Below are positions 28,807-38,740 of a DNA stretch of 61,799 bases, one piece after another. The notes under the pieces were generated by a model. It did no database searches, was not told where the DNA came from, and saw only the letters and a list, made by a program, of their open reading frames with translations. Each line of letters starts with the position of its first letter. The stretch's first letter is position 1. Location: the IMG/VR virus record IMGVR_UViG_3300037634_002056, positions 1 to 61,799 of that record. One strand, written 5' to 3'. The stretch is from a virus. Its lineage: Duplodnaviria > Caudoviricetes. The translations under genes and the position numbers were made by a program.

Positions 28807-30198
28807 TTAATATTTCATATTTTCATCGATTTTATAGTTACGGGTACCATTATTTGCGACAAGATTGAATAATGTAGCCACCCCAAAGCCAGTAGCACCG
28901 TAAGGAACAATTTCAGTACCTGATTCACTCCATGCCATACCAGCAATATCTAAGTGCGCCCAACTACGACCCTCATCAACAAATCGATATAAAAACTCTG
29001 CGGCTGTGGTTGAGCCACCATATGGTCCACCAATATTTTGCATATCAGCAATCTTAGAATCAATCATCTTATTCCAGTTTTTGCCCATTGGCATCCGCCA
29101 AAATTCTTCACCTAGCTTTGATCCATCTGCTTGAATGGTTTCGCTTAATTCACTAGAGTTAGTAAATAGTCCTGCCATTTCATGACCAAGCGATACTAGT
29201 ATAGCACCAGTTAAAGTAGCTACGTCAATAATTACATGCGGGTCGTAGGTTTGCACATATGTTAAAATATCAGCTAACACTAGTCGGCCTTCTGCATCTG
29301 TATTAAGATTTTCAACCGTTTGTCCACTCATTGATGTAACAATATCACCAGGCTTAATAGCTTTACCATCAGGCATGTTTTCAACTAATCCAACAATCCC
29401 AACCACATTGTGGTTTACTTTGTTGCTGCCAATAGCATGCATTGCTCCAACTACTGCGGCACTCCCGCCCATATCAAACTTCATATCCGCCATGCCTTTG
29501 CCTGGCTTTAGTGAAATACCACCAGAATCAAATGTAACACCTTTACCTACTAAAGCAATGGGTTTGGCATCTGCATCAGGATCATTCATGTATTCCATCA
29601 CAACAACAAAGCTATCTTTTTCACTACCTTGTCCTACACTTAGAAGCAAATCAAAACCCAGGGTTTCTAATTGTGATTGGTGTAAAATTTTAACAGTTAC
29701 ACCTACTGCATTTAATGCTGACTCGATTCGATATGCATAGTTTTGCGGGAATAGTTTATTGCCGGGTTCAGAAACAAGAGTGCGAGCTAGCTCTATGCTT
29801 TCACTTAGTAGATTATTTTTTAATCCATGAATAGCTAATTGTGTTGATTTTTTATCTGTCTTATATTTGTTAAATTCATAGTTTGCAAGCCGAGCACCAT
29901 CAGCTAGATGTTCATTTCCTAGTTCAAAATAGATATTGTCTACATCTTTGCGTTTACGATATTCTTTAACAAGCTGCCCGCCAAGTTTTAACCATTCATT
30001 TGGCGTATCCTCACTCATTATAATAACACGTACAAAATCGATATCAGCGCCAGGGTATTGCACTTCGACATCTTTTGTTTTTTTAATATAATTGCGATTA
30101 CAAACTTCGTCTAACTTCTTCTTTAGAGATTTGTTTAATTTTTTATATGCGGCGCTGTTATGTTCAACAATTACAACACTTTTGCTGTTATAATCCAT
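28807..30198 (-). CDS. pepA: leucyl aminopeptidase (peptidase M17)
   Basis: VGKGVTFDSGG, MKFDMGG, NTDAEGRL, DVATLTGA, WAHLDIAG; start MDYNSK after AAGGA. Confidence 0.92.
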   Translation of the reverse strand: MDYNSKSVVIVEHNSAAYKKLNKSLKKKLDEVCNRNYIKKTKDVEVQYPGADIDFVRVIIMSEDTPNEWLKLGGQLVKEYRKRKDVDNIYFELGNEHLADGARLANYEFNKYKTDKKSTQLAIHGLKNNLLSESIELARTLVSEPGNKLFPQNYAYRIESALNAVGVTVKILHQSQLETLGFDLLLSVGQGSEKDSFVVVMEYMNDPDADAKPIALVGKGVTFDSGGISLKPGKGMADMKFDMGGSAAVVGAMHAIGSNKVNHNVVGIVGLVENMPDGKAIKPGDIVTSMSGQTVENLNTDAEGRLVLADILTYVQTYDPHVIIDVATLTGAILVSLGHEMAGLFTNSSELSETIQADGSKLGEEFWRMPMGKNWNKMIDSKIADMQNIGGPYGGSTTAAEFLYRFVDEGRSWAHLDIAGMAWSESGTEIVPYGATGFGVATLFNLVANNGTRNYKIDENMKY

Positions 30199-30424
30199 AA
30201 TTGTATCCTTTGTTTTTAATTTCAGTTGGGTCAATAGTAAATTCCAAACCAGCCATTTTAGCAACAAACAGGTTCTTTTTTTCTTTATGGAAATGCAAAA
30301 CTACATCCTGCATGTTAACACGTATAACATCTTGTCGTTGGTCTACAATGATACCGTCGATTTTCTTGCCATTGTCAGTACAGGTTACTGTAATTTCTTG
30401 CATATCCGAGATATAATATCCCAT
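30188..30424 (-). CDS. hypothetical protein
   Basis: 78 aa, GGAG RBS. Confidence 0.7.
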   Translation of the reverse strand: MGYYISDMQEITVTCTDNGKKIDGIIVDQRQDVIRVNMQDVVLHFHKEKKNLFVAKMAGLEFTIDPTEIKNKGYNYGL

Positions 30425-30448
30425 TGTTGTTCTCCATTAGCTGTTCAT

Positions 30449-30477
30449 AAAAAAGCGAAGCCTGTTATAGGCTCCGC
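30449..30477 (-). terminator. rho-independent terminator
   Basis: GCGGAGCCT-ataac-AGGCTTCGC followed by T run on minus strand. Confidence 0.75.
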
Positions 30478-30484
30478 AGTAGGG

Positions 30485-31522
30485 TTATGCTTTCGCTTCT
30501 TCTTCCGCTGCATCTAGCACACGGTTAAATTCACGCAAACGTTTAATGACTGATTGGAAGTCAACAATCGTTGTCCATCGATCAATAAAGTAAGTTAATG
30601 CGCCTTCGACTCTACCAAATGCATTTAGTACCTGAATAAGTACACCAAATGTAATTAGCTGTGCGAAATAACTAGGTGCAAGTACAATAAGAGCCACGTT
30701 ACCTGCAATTAGACTAAAGCCAGTTTGCCATACACCAAAGCCCATATACCAGTTAAACAAGCGGTAATAGTTGCGCTTAACACTCGCAAACATTGGGAAT
30801 AGATCTGCGCTAACACGTTCACTAAAGTCATCTTCACTGTGAACAAGTTTTTTACGAAACTTAGCTTCAACAACCTGGTTACGGTATTCCAATCCAGGAA
30901 GTTTCATACCTAGTAGGAATGATAGTGCGGTGCCGCCTAAGCTCATTGTTAGTGCTACCCAAACTAAGAAGCCTGGAATAATTTGGCCATTCCATACTGG
31001 TAAGCCTTCACTTAGTTGCCATAATACTGGTAAAAATGCACTTAAAATAAAGATTTTGTTAACAAATCCCGTAAACAATGATTGCAATGTTTTACCGAAA
31101 ATCATCAAATCTTCTTGAATACGTTGTGATCCACCTTCAATAACAGCGGTAGATTCTTCCCATCGCATTAGATAGTGATGCGTATTCGCTTCTCTCCAGC
31201 GGAATGTGTACCGTTGAGTTTGCCAAGTAGCATAGGTTGCCATTGGTACATATATAATTAATATTTCTAGAAAACTTGGTACTGTGGTTTTTTCATCCAT
31301 ATTAAACGAAATAAAATCAATCATCCGTAATGAATCAAAACTCCAAAACAATTGCCAAAACCTATCTTCTTGAAGGGTTTGGATTGCATCGTAGAACTCT
31401 CGGTTCCATGAGTTATAGTAAACCAAAATTTGAACATTGTACCAACCTATGAACAGTAGCCAAGCCAGCATTAGCCAGGCGTACGGAGCATTCTTTGACG
31501 TCCAAAAGAAACTTTTAAGCAT
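30485..31522 (-). CDS. sbmA: SbmA/BacA-family peptide transporter
   Basis: MLKSFF, WNREFYD, FRWREAN, EGGSQRIQED, LPGLEYRNQVVEAKFRKKLV, SVIKRLREF. Confidence 0.88.
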   Translation of the reverse strand: MLKSFFWTSKNAPYAWLMLAWLLFIGWYNVQILVYYNSWNREFYDAIQTLQEDRFWQLFWSFDSLRMIDFISFNMDEKTTVPSFLEILIIYVPMATYATWQTQRYTFRWREANTHHYLMRWEESTAVIEGGSQRIQEDLMIFGKTLQSLFTGFVNKIFILSAFLPVLWQLSEGLPVWNGQIIPGFLVWVALTMSLGGTALSFLLGMKLPGLEYRNQVVEAKFRKKLVHSEDDFSERVSADLFPMFASVKRNYYRLFNWYMGFGVWQTGFSLIAGNVALIVLAPSYFAQLITFGVLIQVLNAFGRVEGALTYFIDRWTTIVDFQSVIKRLREFNRVLDAAEEEAKA

Positions 31523-31540
31523 GTTATGCCTCCATTTATT

Positions 31541-32410
31541 TTACTTTAAACCAGCGTCAGGCGCACTGCCGCTGAAGCCCCAGAAATTCCTATAGTTTGT
31601 TGCAAGTTCAATTAAGCCTTTGCGTAAAGGAAAGTCATTTGGTTTCAGCCAATACATTGACGAATTTGGTATCTTAATAAACAGAAGTCTCAAGTCTGGA
31701 CTTTCAACACCTAATGATTGTAATAATTGCATCAAGTTCGCAGCGGTTCTAAAACTACTAGATTCTAACTGCCTTCTGTTTAAATTATTAATAGCACCTT
31801 CTGGTGTGCCAGGGCCATGTATGCCAAGCCACACGTCACCAATAAGGTACCGTTGGTCACCACCTAAAAACATAAGACTACATGCACTAGCACACATTGT
31901 TTTGCCAGCCATATAGTTATCATCTTCTGGGATAGTTCCTGGGGTATAAATTATTTCCCCGTTTTCATTCATTACAGTCGTATCTCGTACAACTGTAACA
32001 ACATCTCGTAATTTTAAATGAGCTGCTAAACAGCTTCCTTCAGCTAGGTTTCCGCCTGGTGATTCAAGTATCACAGTAAATGCCTGTGGCATGTCTGGTA
32101 TAATACGTTCGCAATCTCCGTCGCCTACACTACCTGTCAAAGTATAAAGGTTATCACCAATTAATTTAAATTCTAAATGATCGTTTGGGTCATCAGCTTC
32201 GTCTGCTGCTTTTTCATCATTTAAATCATGATACATAACCATGAAATCATCGTAATACATATGGCCTTGATTAACTACTAGTACAGTACACAGTATTGTT
32301 AACCCGCCCAAAAATGTATTTTGGAATAATTTATTAATAGCCCGATAAACAAAAGTTTCTTTTGACTTTTGCACTAATACCTTGACTATGTTTTTCAGAA
32401 AATTTAACAT
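31541..32410 (-). CDS. membrane-anchored ClpP/crotonase-fold (COG3904-like) protein
   Basis: N-terminal TM; LESPGG, CASACSLMFLGG, LGIH. Confidence 0.55.
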   Translation of the reverse strand: MLNFLKNIVKVLVQKSKETFVYRAINKLFQNTFLGGLTILCTVLVVNQGHMYYDDFMVMYHDLNDEKAADEADDPNDHLEFKLIGDNLYTLTGSVGDGDCERIIPDMPQAFTVILESPGGNLAEGSCLAAHLKLRDVVTVVRDTTVMNENGEIIYTPGTIPEDDNYMAGKTMCASACSLMFLGGDQRYLIGDVWLGIHGPGTPEGAINNLNRRQLESSSFRTAANLMQLLQSLGVESPDLRLLFIKIPNSSMYWLKPNDFPLRKGLIELATNYRNFWGFSGSAPDAGLK

Positions 32411-32480
32411 GTGGATCTCCGTTTGTTTTTACGCTTCTGTACTAGTATTTAGTTGAGTCCAAAAGGCGTAGATCATCCAT

Positions 32481-32789
32481 TTATTTTTCTTCTGTATCTG
32501 ATTGCTCAGATTCTGAATCAGTTTGCTCAGCTTCATTTGCTTGTTGCTGTCTAGCAGCCATCGCCGCAGCAAAATCAGTTTCAGTCATACATTGTGCTTG
32601 CTTAATTAATGTATATTCAGTACTGATTGGAAATTGACCCTGTACCTTTTCAACATATTGATGACATATCTCCATATTGGGATATGGTACAAATTGAAAT
32701 ACTGGATTTCCTAATTGAAATTGGAAAACACTTACAATAAAATGTCCTACAATTAATATTGCGCCTACTGTGCCTGTTGCTGGTTCCAT
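32481..32789 (-). CDS. hypothetical membrane/secreted protein
   Basis: N-terminal hydrophobic helix; GGAGG RBS. Confidence 0.65.
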   Translation of the reverse strand: MEPATGTVGAILIVGHFIVSVFQFQLGNPVFQFVPYPNMEICHQYVEKVQGQFPISTEYTLIKQAQCMTETDFAAAMAARQQQANEAEQTDSESEQSDTEEK

Positions 32790-32801
32790 GATGAACCCTC
32801 C

Positions 32802-33302
32802 TTATTTTGCGAAGTCATCGCCTCGCGGTTGAAAATCGTATACGGCATATTCTCCACCTTGCGTTTGGCCTTTGCCGCTCTTATCGCCTTTTTGTTTTAT
32901 TTGCTGAGGTACGCCTTGTTCGGTTTTGTTTTGTGCTTCTTCCATTGCTTCTTGATTTTCTTCAGTGTTATCAATCAAATAACAACGAGCACCACGACTT
33001 GAACTTCGCTCACGTTCAGCTTCAGTCTCAATCAAATAAACTCTAGCTTCAATTTTTTCATCATCATATGTTGGAACATGACTCTGGTATACTGCATCGT
33101 CTGGTATTACACCTGACGTACAATAACCTAGATTATCGTCAATTGTTCTATACATTACTATAACTGTCATTAATGTTAATGGAATTAAGGCAAATAATAC
33201 TACCCAATTTCGCATTAACTTGATCATAGTATACAATAATACAGACATTAGTATTACTAATGATATTAATACTGGTAATAATTCTAAACTTATGTAATTC
33301 AT
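32802..33302 (-). CDS. hypothetical membrane protein
   Basis: two N-terminal TM helices; third gene of MotA-like operon. Confidence 0.7.
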   Translation of the reverse strand: MNYISLELLPVLISLVILMSVLLYTMIKLMRNWVVLFALIPLTLMTVIVMYRTIDDNLGYCTSGVIPDDAVYQSHVPTYDDEKIEARVYLIETEAERERSSSRGARCYLIDNTEENQEAMEEAQNKTEQGVPQQIKQKGDKSGKGQTQGGEYAVYDFQPRGDDFAK

Positions 33303-33311
33303 AAATTATCC

Positions 33312-34025
33312 TTATGGTATGTTCGCTGATGATGGTTGGTCAACTGCTGGTGGTGGTGTTGGGAGATTTCTGTTGTTTATTTTTGATCCCATTATGAAAT
33401 TACTTTTACGTTCATCATAACTCGTTACGTTGCCGTCTTCATCAAGTTCAAAGTTAAAGAGTGTAACTATTTGGCCTTTTCTAGAATATAATTTTTCTAC
33501 CAAATATGCTTCACCATACGGATTAATTTTAACTAATGAAGCGCGAACCCAAGACTCTTCTGTTAGATATTGAGAACTGCCGATGTCTTTATCTGCCCTA
33601 TAGGTCATTTTTCGAGAATAAACATGAAATGCTACTTCATATCTTCCTGGAACAATGCCACGCATAGTTACAACTTCACGATTAATTGGTAATACCATTA
33701 AATCGCCAGTTACTGGATTTCTATATGAATCATTGCTTGCGCCAAGATCATCTTTTTCCAAATGTAGCAAGCCACCCATTTTATTTCGGAAACTAACTAC
33801 GGTTGCATTTGGATCTTTGACCCATAAATCAATGTCATCATCTAATGCAGTATTCCATTCGATAATAATTAAGTACTCGGCTTTCTTTGGAGCGTCTGCT
33901 TCTTTGGTTGGGGGATTAATTAAGATAAACGCAATAACAAAAAGAAAAACAAAGCCCACAAGTAAGTTAAATAGCAAATCTTGAAATGCATATGTGCTAC
34001 GAAACTTACTTCTATCAGCGCTCAT
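33312..34025 (-). CDS. ExbD/TolR/MotB-like single-TM protein with periplasmic beta domain
   Basis: FQDLLFNLLVGFVFLF (Asp at start of TM); DDDIDLWVKDP, NREVV. Confidence 0.6.
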   Translation of the reverse strand: MSADRSKFRSTYAFQDLLFNLLVGFVFLFVIAFILINPPTKEADAPKKAEYLIIIEWNTALDDDIDLWVKDPNATVVSFRNKMGGLLHLEKDDLGASNDSYRNPVTGDLMVLPINREVVTMRGIVPGRYEVAFHVYSRKMTYRADKDIGSSQYLTEESWVRASLVKINPYGEAYLVEKLYSRKGQIVTLFNFELDEDGNVTSYDERKSNFIMGSKINNRNLPTPPPAVDQPSSANIP

Positions 34026-34477
34026 TATTCTGTAATCTCGATATTAACTAATTGAACTTTAAACAACTGACTACAAATTAATCCAACTAGTGTAGTATAT
34101 AAGGCGGTACTCATCCCCAACGCCATTGCTGTTAAAGCTTCTTTAAGACTAGATTGGTTGCTAACATCAATGGTTTCAAAGCTGCTTCCCAGCATTAAAA
34201 TAAAACCTGCGACAGTACCAATCATACCAAGTGCCAGCATAGATTCTGCCATAAACCATCCGGTATCTATTCTTGCAGAAACTTGTTTACCTTTGGATTT
34301 ATGATAAGTTGCAGTACCTATCATGACACTGCCGGCCAAATATAAAGCCATGATTACAAAACTTAGCTTGGTGCTATCCTTTGCATATACTTCATCCATA
34401 AAACCTAAGTAATATCCGATATATGCAAATAAAAGGCTTAAGCAAAATATAAGCCACCATTTTAAAAATTTATTCAT
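34025..34477 (-). CDS. MotA/TolQ/ExbB proton-channel family protein
   Basis: LGMIGTVAGF ... GMSTALYTTLVGL. Confidence 0.85.
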   Translation of the reverse strand: MNKFLKWWLIFCLSLLFAYIGYYLGFMDEVYAKDSTKLSFVIMALYLAGSVMIGTATYHKSKGKQVSARIDTGWFMAESMLALGMIGTVAGFILMLGSSFETIDVSNQSSLKEALTAMALGMSTALYTTLVGLICSQLFKVQLVNIEITE

Positions 34478-34522
34478 AACAACTGTTTTCCTTTTATCGT
34501 TTGTTATAGGTATTTATCATAA

Positions 34523-35443
34523 TCAATCTAAGGCGCGACTGATCTCTATCATTGTTGCTGAAAGGTTAATTTCAACATCTGCGACCTGTGTATGCTTTAC
34601 TAATCCATTCCTAATAGCAAGAACACATTCGTCATATTGATCATTGTTGTCTGTGTATAAGTCTAAATTGCGATAAAGCCAGGTATAGATGTCATTATAT
34701 TCATCAGCCCTAGCTTTATTAATAATTAATTTGCGAGCATCGACAATCTTTTTTGCTTTGAACAAATCAACCATGCCAATGCGCCATTCTGCACTGGAAC
34801 CTTCATCTTGTGGTTGTTGTAGCTGATTATCAACGACACTCATTTGTACTGTATTGATTGTTTTGCGTAGATCTGGATAGTTAGCACGAACCATTGCATC
34901 AATAGTTTCTAAATCAAAAGTGCAACTTTCTCCAATAAGAATTTCTGCTATACGAGCAGTAAACTCAGTTTGATCAAGTTGTTCGATATGAAATCCTTGG
35001 CACCTACTATGCAATGCAGGAATAATCATATTAGGATAATTACATGTTAGAATAAAACGTACACTAGCATGATATTGCTCCATAACACCGCGCAATGCTG
35101 CTTGTCCTTCTGGACTAATGTGGTCAGCCTCATCTAGCAATACTACTTTAAAATTACCCCATGGCATTGTTTCGCTAAATGCAGTAATCTTTTTACGAAT
35201 CATTTCAACGCCGTTGTCTCTACTAGCGTTAATGTATAATACATCTGCCTTTTCTACACTTAATTCTTCAATAAGAACTTTGGCAAGTGTAGTTTTACCT
35301 GTGCCTGGAGAACCACTAAACAATAGATGTGGAATGCCTTGGTCATCAATCCAATTCTGTACCTGCGCACGTTGAGCATCATCTTTGAATACATATTCAG
35401 CAATGCTACTTGGCCTGTACTTCTCCACCCAAAGTTCTTTCAT
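34523..35443 (-). CDS. sliding-clamp loader subunit (RFC/gp44-like)
   Basis: LWVEKYRP, GSPGTGKTT, INAS, LLDEAD, SRC. Confidence 0.92.
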   Translation of the reverse strand: MKELWVEKYRPSSIAEYVFKDDAQRAQVQNWIDDQGIPHLLFSGSPGTGKTTLAKVLIEELSVEKADVLYINASRDNGVEMIRKKITAFSETMPWGNFKVVLLDEADHISPEGQAALRGVMEQYHASVRFILTCNYPNMIIPALHSRCQGFHIEQLDQTEFTARIAEILIGESCTFDLETIDAMVRANYPDLRKTINTVQMSVVDNQLQQPQDEGSSAEWRIGMVDLFKAKKIVDARKLIINKARADEYNDIYTWLYRNLDLYTDNNDQYDECVLAIRNGLVKHTQVADVEINLSATMIEISRALD

Positions 35444-35476
35444 ATTTTATCCTTTATTTTAATTACGTTAATAACT

Positions 35477-35505
35477 ATTATATATGAGTTTTGATGATAT
35501 GTCAA
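35477..35505 (-). promoter_or_regulatory. sigma70 promoter
   Basis: TTGACA-17 nt-TATAAT. Confidence 0.75.
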
Positions 35506-35780
35506 ACATTGATTGCATTGACATTAGTTAATTTATCCCAACGAAATGAGCGCCAACCTTCTGCGTTAATGTCAAATACACTGCATACATCTGGGTTCTG
35601 TTTGCGAACTTTTTTTGGCTTATTAGTGCTTTCATTAACTTTGACTTCAGGCAATTTATCTGCTTTTAAAGTACAAGTCATTATTCGTTGATCACCATTC
35701 ACTTTATTGAATGTAACTTCAACAATGCCTGCTTTAAGTTGATCGATTACTTGTTCTTTCTGTTCATCAGTGTTATACAT
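35502..35780 (-). CDS. WYL_2/SH3-fold phage protein
   Basis: VTFNKVNGDQRIMTCTL ... VFDINAEGWRSFR. Confidence 0.75.
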   Translation of the reverse strand: MYNTDEQKEQVIDQLKAGIVEVTFNKVNGDQRIMTCTLKADKLPEVKVNESTNKPKKVRKQNPDVCSVFDINAEGWRSFRWDKLTNVNAINV

Positions 35781-35793
35781 TTTATAGTGTTCC

Positions 35794-36114
35794 TTAATTA
35801 GATAATGAATCTATCATTAAAATTTTACCAAGTTCTTCGGTAAGATCTGCACCATCACTAATAACATACAGCCGGGTGTCATGGTCATAGCCACTACGCC
35901 CAGCAACGGTAGTTAATGTTGTGGTTCTGCATTCAATAATTCGTCCACCATTTGCACTATATACTCGAATATTATAAGACGGATCTACATCTGGTCGCCA
36001 TGACACCTTGTTATCATCATGGATTATATAATCGTCTAACGATGGGTCTTGAAAGTCATGGTATGACTTGTCTATCAAATATTTGCCTAACCAGGTATGC
36101 AGTCTTCTTAACAT
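35794..36114 (-). CDS. hypothetical protein
   Basis: 106 aa; VYSANGGRIIE. Confidence 0.7.
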   Translation of the reverse strand: MLRRLHTWLGKYLIDKSYHDFQDPSLDDYIIHDDNKVSWRPDVDPSYNIRVYSANGGRIIECRTTTLTTVAGRSGYDHDTRLYVISDGADLTEELGKILMIDSLSN

Positions 36115-36123
36115 ATAAACCTC

Positions 36124-36783
36124 TTAGTATGTAGTGATGATCTTGTCAGCCACACCATGCTTTAACACTTCTTCAGGCGTTAACCAAACGTCCTCAGCAG
36201 GAAGAAGATGCTGACGAATGTATTTCTCGTTTTTACCAGTACACTTCTTATAGTGCTCAACCATGTTATGTGATGTCTGTTCAAATGATTTCATACGAGC
36301 ATAAAGATCAAATTCTTTACCACCACTACCTGCACTATATACATGACTCATAACACTAGTATTCTGTGTCACGTAGCGATGACCTTTCTCGCCCGCCATT
36401 AATAGTAAGCAACCACATGATGCAGCCATACCCATAGCATATGTGTACACTGGAATGCGGCTCTGCTTAATAGTATCAATCAAATGCCAGGCACTGGCAA
36501 CCATACCACCAGGGCTGTTGATATACAGATGAATAATCTCGGGTTTCTTATCATCAGGCATCAAGTTATATTCTAAAATCATCTTAACCAATGGCATGCA
36601 GTTCTCTTGATTAAACTCTTTATCCATAAACAGCACACCATTATCACGCAAATATTCACCTGGCATTTTTGGCGGCGCAGGTGGCGCTGGCATTGGCGGC
36701 ATTGGTGGTGCATCTGGGACCTGTCTTGGTACTGGTATTACTGTTGGGTTTTGCTTTTTTGGTTCTGTCTTTTTCTTAGCCAC
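36124..36783 (-). CDS. clpP: ClpP-like protease proteolytic subunit
   Basis: LYINSPGG, GMAASCG (catalytic Ser), MSH, DVWLT; Pro-rich N-terminal extension. Confidence 0.88.
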   Translation of the reverse strand: MAKKKTEPKKQNPTVIPVPRQVPDAPPMPPMPAPPAPPKMPGEYLRDNGVLFMDKEFNQENCMPLVKMILEYNLMPDDKKPEIIHLYINSPGGMVASAWHLIDTIKQSRIPVYTYAMGMAASCGCLLLMAGEKGHRYVTQNTSVMSHVYSAGSGGKEFDLYARMKSFEQTSHNMVEHYKKCTGKNEKYIRQHLLPAEDVWLTPEEVLKHGVADKIITTY

Positions 36784-36812
36784 AATAAATTTCCTTTTAT
36801 TAGTTTTTTAAC

Positions 36813-37133
36813 TTAGACGGTAATTCCATCTTTAATTGGGTTAGTATCAGAAGTAATTAAACATTCTTCATTATCCAATAACCAAACCTTAGTATCATCA
36901 TTTACTCGAAGAGCATTACTCCAACGACCGTGGGATACCAATACATATTCATCTTTCTTAATCCAATCAACCTTTGGCCCAACACTATATACTTGGAACC
37001 AACGAGGTCTAATTGCCTCGGGGGTTGCATCCTTATCAGCAATAAAAATACCACCTTGTGTTTTTTTATAATCGCCTGGCGCATCAATCATTACTGCCAA
37101 AACCTTATCGCCAAATGCTTTTACTGATTTCAT
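36813..37133 (-). CDS. GroES-like co-chaperonin
   Basis: KAFGDKVL, KKTQGGIF, VYSVGP. Confidence 0.75.
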   Translation of the reverse strand: MKSVKAFGDKVLAVMIDAPGDYKKTQGGIFIADKDATPEAIRPRWFQVYSVGPKVDWIKKDEYVLVSHGRWSNALRVNDDTKVWLLDNEECLITSDTNPIKDGITV

Positions 37134-37522
37134 TTTTTGTCTACCTCTACTTCTTTCATACTTCCATCATTATATTCAACTTCAATATACTGTGATCCAT
37201 CTGGGCGCTCACGCAATTGTCGGTTAACTTCTGTTAGCTTTTTCTTTTTCTTTTTTCTTTTTTCTTCGTGCAACTCTTGCACTTCATCAACTATTATTTG
37301 GTCATCTTTAATACTTGCTGCTTTAGCAGTAGCATCTGGACTTGCTGCTTTATATATTTCACGAGTGACTTCTTCACGGGTTATTTTTACATTACCACGA
37401 TTATCAATAATATCACCGCGGGCATTCATAGATACATTACCTACTGCCCTGTCTGTTTCATGCTTCGCAGCAATTGCGACCATATTAACTTCACGCCCGC
37501 GGGCCGATATAATTCTTCTCAT
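37130..37522 (-). CDS. hypothetical phage protein
   Basis: SARGREVNM, AVGNVSMNARGDII; AGGAG RBS. Confidence 0.75.
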   Translation of the reverse strand: MRRIISARGREVNMVAIAAKHETDRAVGNVSMNARGDIIDNRGNVKITREEVTREIYKAASPDATAKAASIKDDQIIVDEVQELHEEKRKKKKKKLTEVNRQLRERPDGSQYIEVEYNDGSMKEVEVDKK

Positions 37523-38025
37523 TTTAAAAACTCCTTAATGTCAAGTTCATACTTAATACTGTCTACTTTATGGATGCCAAGCAAGAATAATACATAACTT
37601 GCTACACTTGAACCACGACCAACACCCAAAACAATGTCATTTTCTTTACACACATCAACCAAATATACTAAAAAATTAAGAACTGGTATCATACCACGTT
37701 CACGAAATAATTGTATTTCTTCATGTACTCGTGCTCGTTGTTGGTATGTTAGTGTTCTATTATTTATAAATCTGACAACATCAATTTCTTTATAATATTC
37801 TGGCATATACCAATGCTCTAAGCAATGTTGAAAGTACTCTAGGTCTGTATTTTCTGTATGTGCTTCAATTTTATGATCTATGTCATACTGATTGCACCAA
37901 TTATTGTAGATATTAATGGGTTCAACACTATCTACAATAGCTGATCCTATATCTATATTATTTAACCAAGAAACAACTATATCCTGGTCAGTCAATATTA
38001 TCTGATGATTGTTGTTTTTCCTCAC
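37519..38025 (-). CDS. stand-alone DNA polymerase III alpha (DnaE) fragment
   Basis: RVHEE...GVGRGSSVASYVLFLLGIHKVDSIKYEL matches the DnaE GRGS motif. Confidence 0.75.
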   Translation of the reverse strand: MRKNNNHQIILTDQDIVVSWLNNIDIGSAIVDSVEPINIYNNWCNQYDIDHKIEAHTENTDLEYFQHCLEHWYMPEYYKEIDVVRFINNRTLTYQQRARVHEEIQLFRERGMIPVLNFLVYLVDVCKENDIVLGVGRGSSVASYVLFLLGIHKVDSIKYELDIKEFLK

Positions 38026-38266
38026 CGATCAATAGTCCTTGTTCGTTATCGTTACTATTTTGTTTCTTGGAACTTTCCACAAATTCAGCAATCTTTTCCT
38101 GTTTGTGGAATCTAATTTCATTTAAAAAATTATTCAATTGATCAATAATGCTGTCACTCATTCCAGCATTGCTAGCAGTCAAGACACGCTTTAACACCAT
38201 TTTCTCAAATTCTATGGATTCTTCCATAGTTAGATCTTCAAGTGGTTTATCTTGGAATTTTAGCAT
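37988..38266 (-). CDS. hypothetical protein
   Basis: 92 aa, coupled to neighbours. Confidence 0.7.
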   Translation of the reverse strand: MLKFQDKPLEDLTMEESIEFEKMVLKRVLTASNAGMSDSIIDQLNNFLNEIRFHKQEKIAEFVESSKKQNSNDNEQGLLIGEEKQQSSDNID

Positions 38267-38679
38267 TAGAGATCGCCTTCTTGCCTGTTTTCACTATAGA
38301 ACGCATCAAACTCTCCACCTGGATAGCGTGATTCTAACTTGTTCACGTTCTCTGCGATAACATCATTGGGGTCTAGATTTAATGCTCGGCAAGCATTCAT
38401 CCAATACCACATAATGTCACCTAATTCACGCTTCATATGAAAGATGGTATCTTTGTGCATATGTTTGCCTTGGAACGCAACTTTCTTTGGAATCTCTGCA
38501 AATTCACCGCCTTCAGCAGCCATGCCAATAGCCGCTGTCAAAAGCAATGACATATTCACACCACTATCATTTTCTACTTCACGCAAACGTTCAGTAAATA
38601 CATCAGTATTGTTAGATGCATCGCTTGTTACTTCTTTTACAAAGCCTTTGTACTTGTTTAAATCAATGTTGTTGGTCAT
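38266..38679 (-). CDS. mazG: MazG-like NTP pyrophosphohydrolase
   Basis: AEGGEFAE, RELGDIMWY, NVNKLESRYP. Confidence 0.88.
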   Translation of the reverse strand: MTNNIDLNKYKGFVKEVTSDASNNTDVFTERLREVENDSGVNMSLLLTAAIGMAAEGGEFAEIPKKVAFQGKHMHKDTIFHMKRELGDIMWYWMNACRALNLDPNDVIAENVNKLESRYPGGEFDAFYSENRQEGDL

Positions 38680-38703
38680 TTAATTTTCCTTTAGATTACA
38701 ATC

Positions 38704-38732
38704 AGTTTAACATATCGACAATGGTATGTCAA
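38704..38732 (-). promoter_or_regulatory. sigma70 promoter
   Basis: TTGACA-17 nt-TAAACT with extended TG. Confidence 0.6.
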
Positions 38733-38740
38733 ATGCTATT

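Noticed and set aside
29375-29740. Antisense/alternate-frame ORFs inside long genes (also 54541, 56396, 37137, 61398 and others)
   Set aside because: Fully overlap well-supported genes, with no RBS or recognisable motifs
33312-34477. Zorya (ZorAB) defence system
   Set aside because: MotA-like protein lacks the long ZorA tail, partner shows no OmpA-like motif, and no ZorC/D/E adjacent
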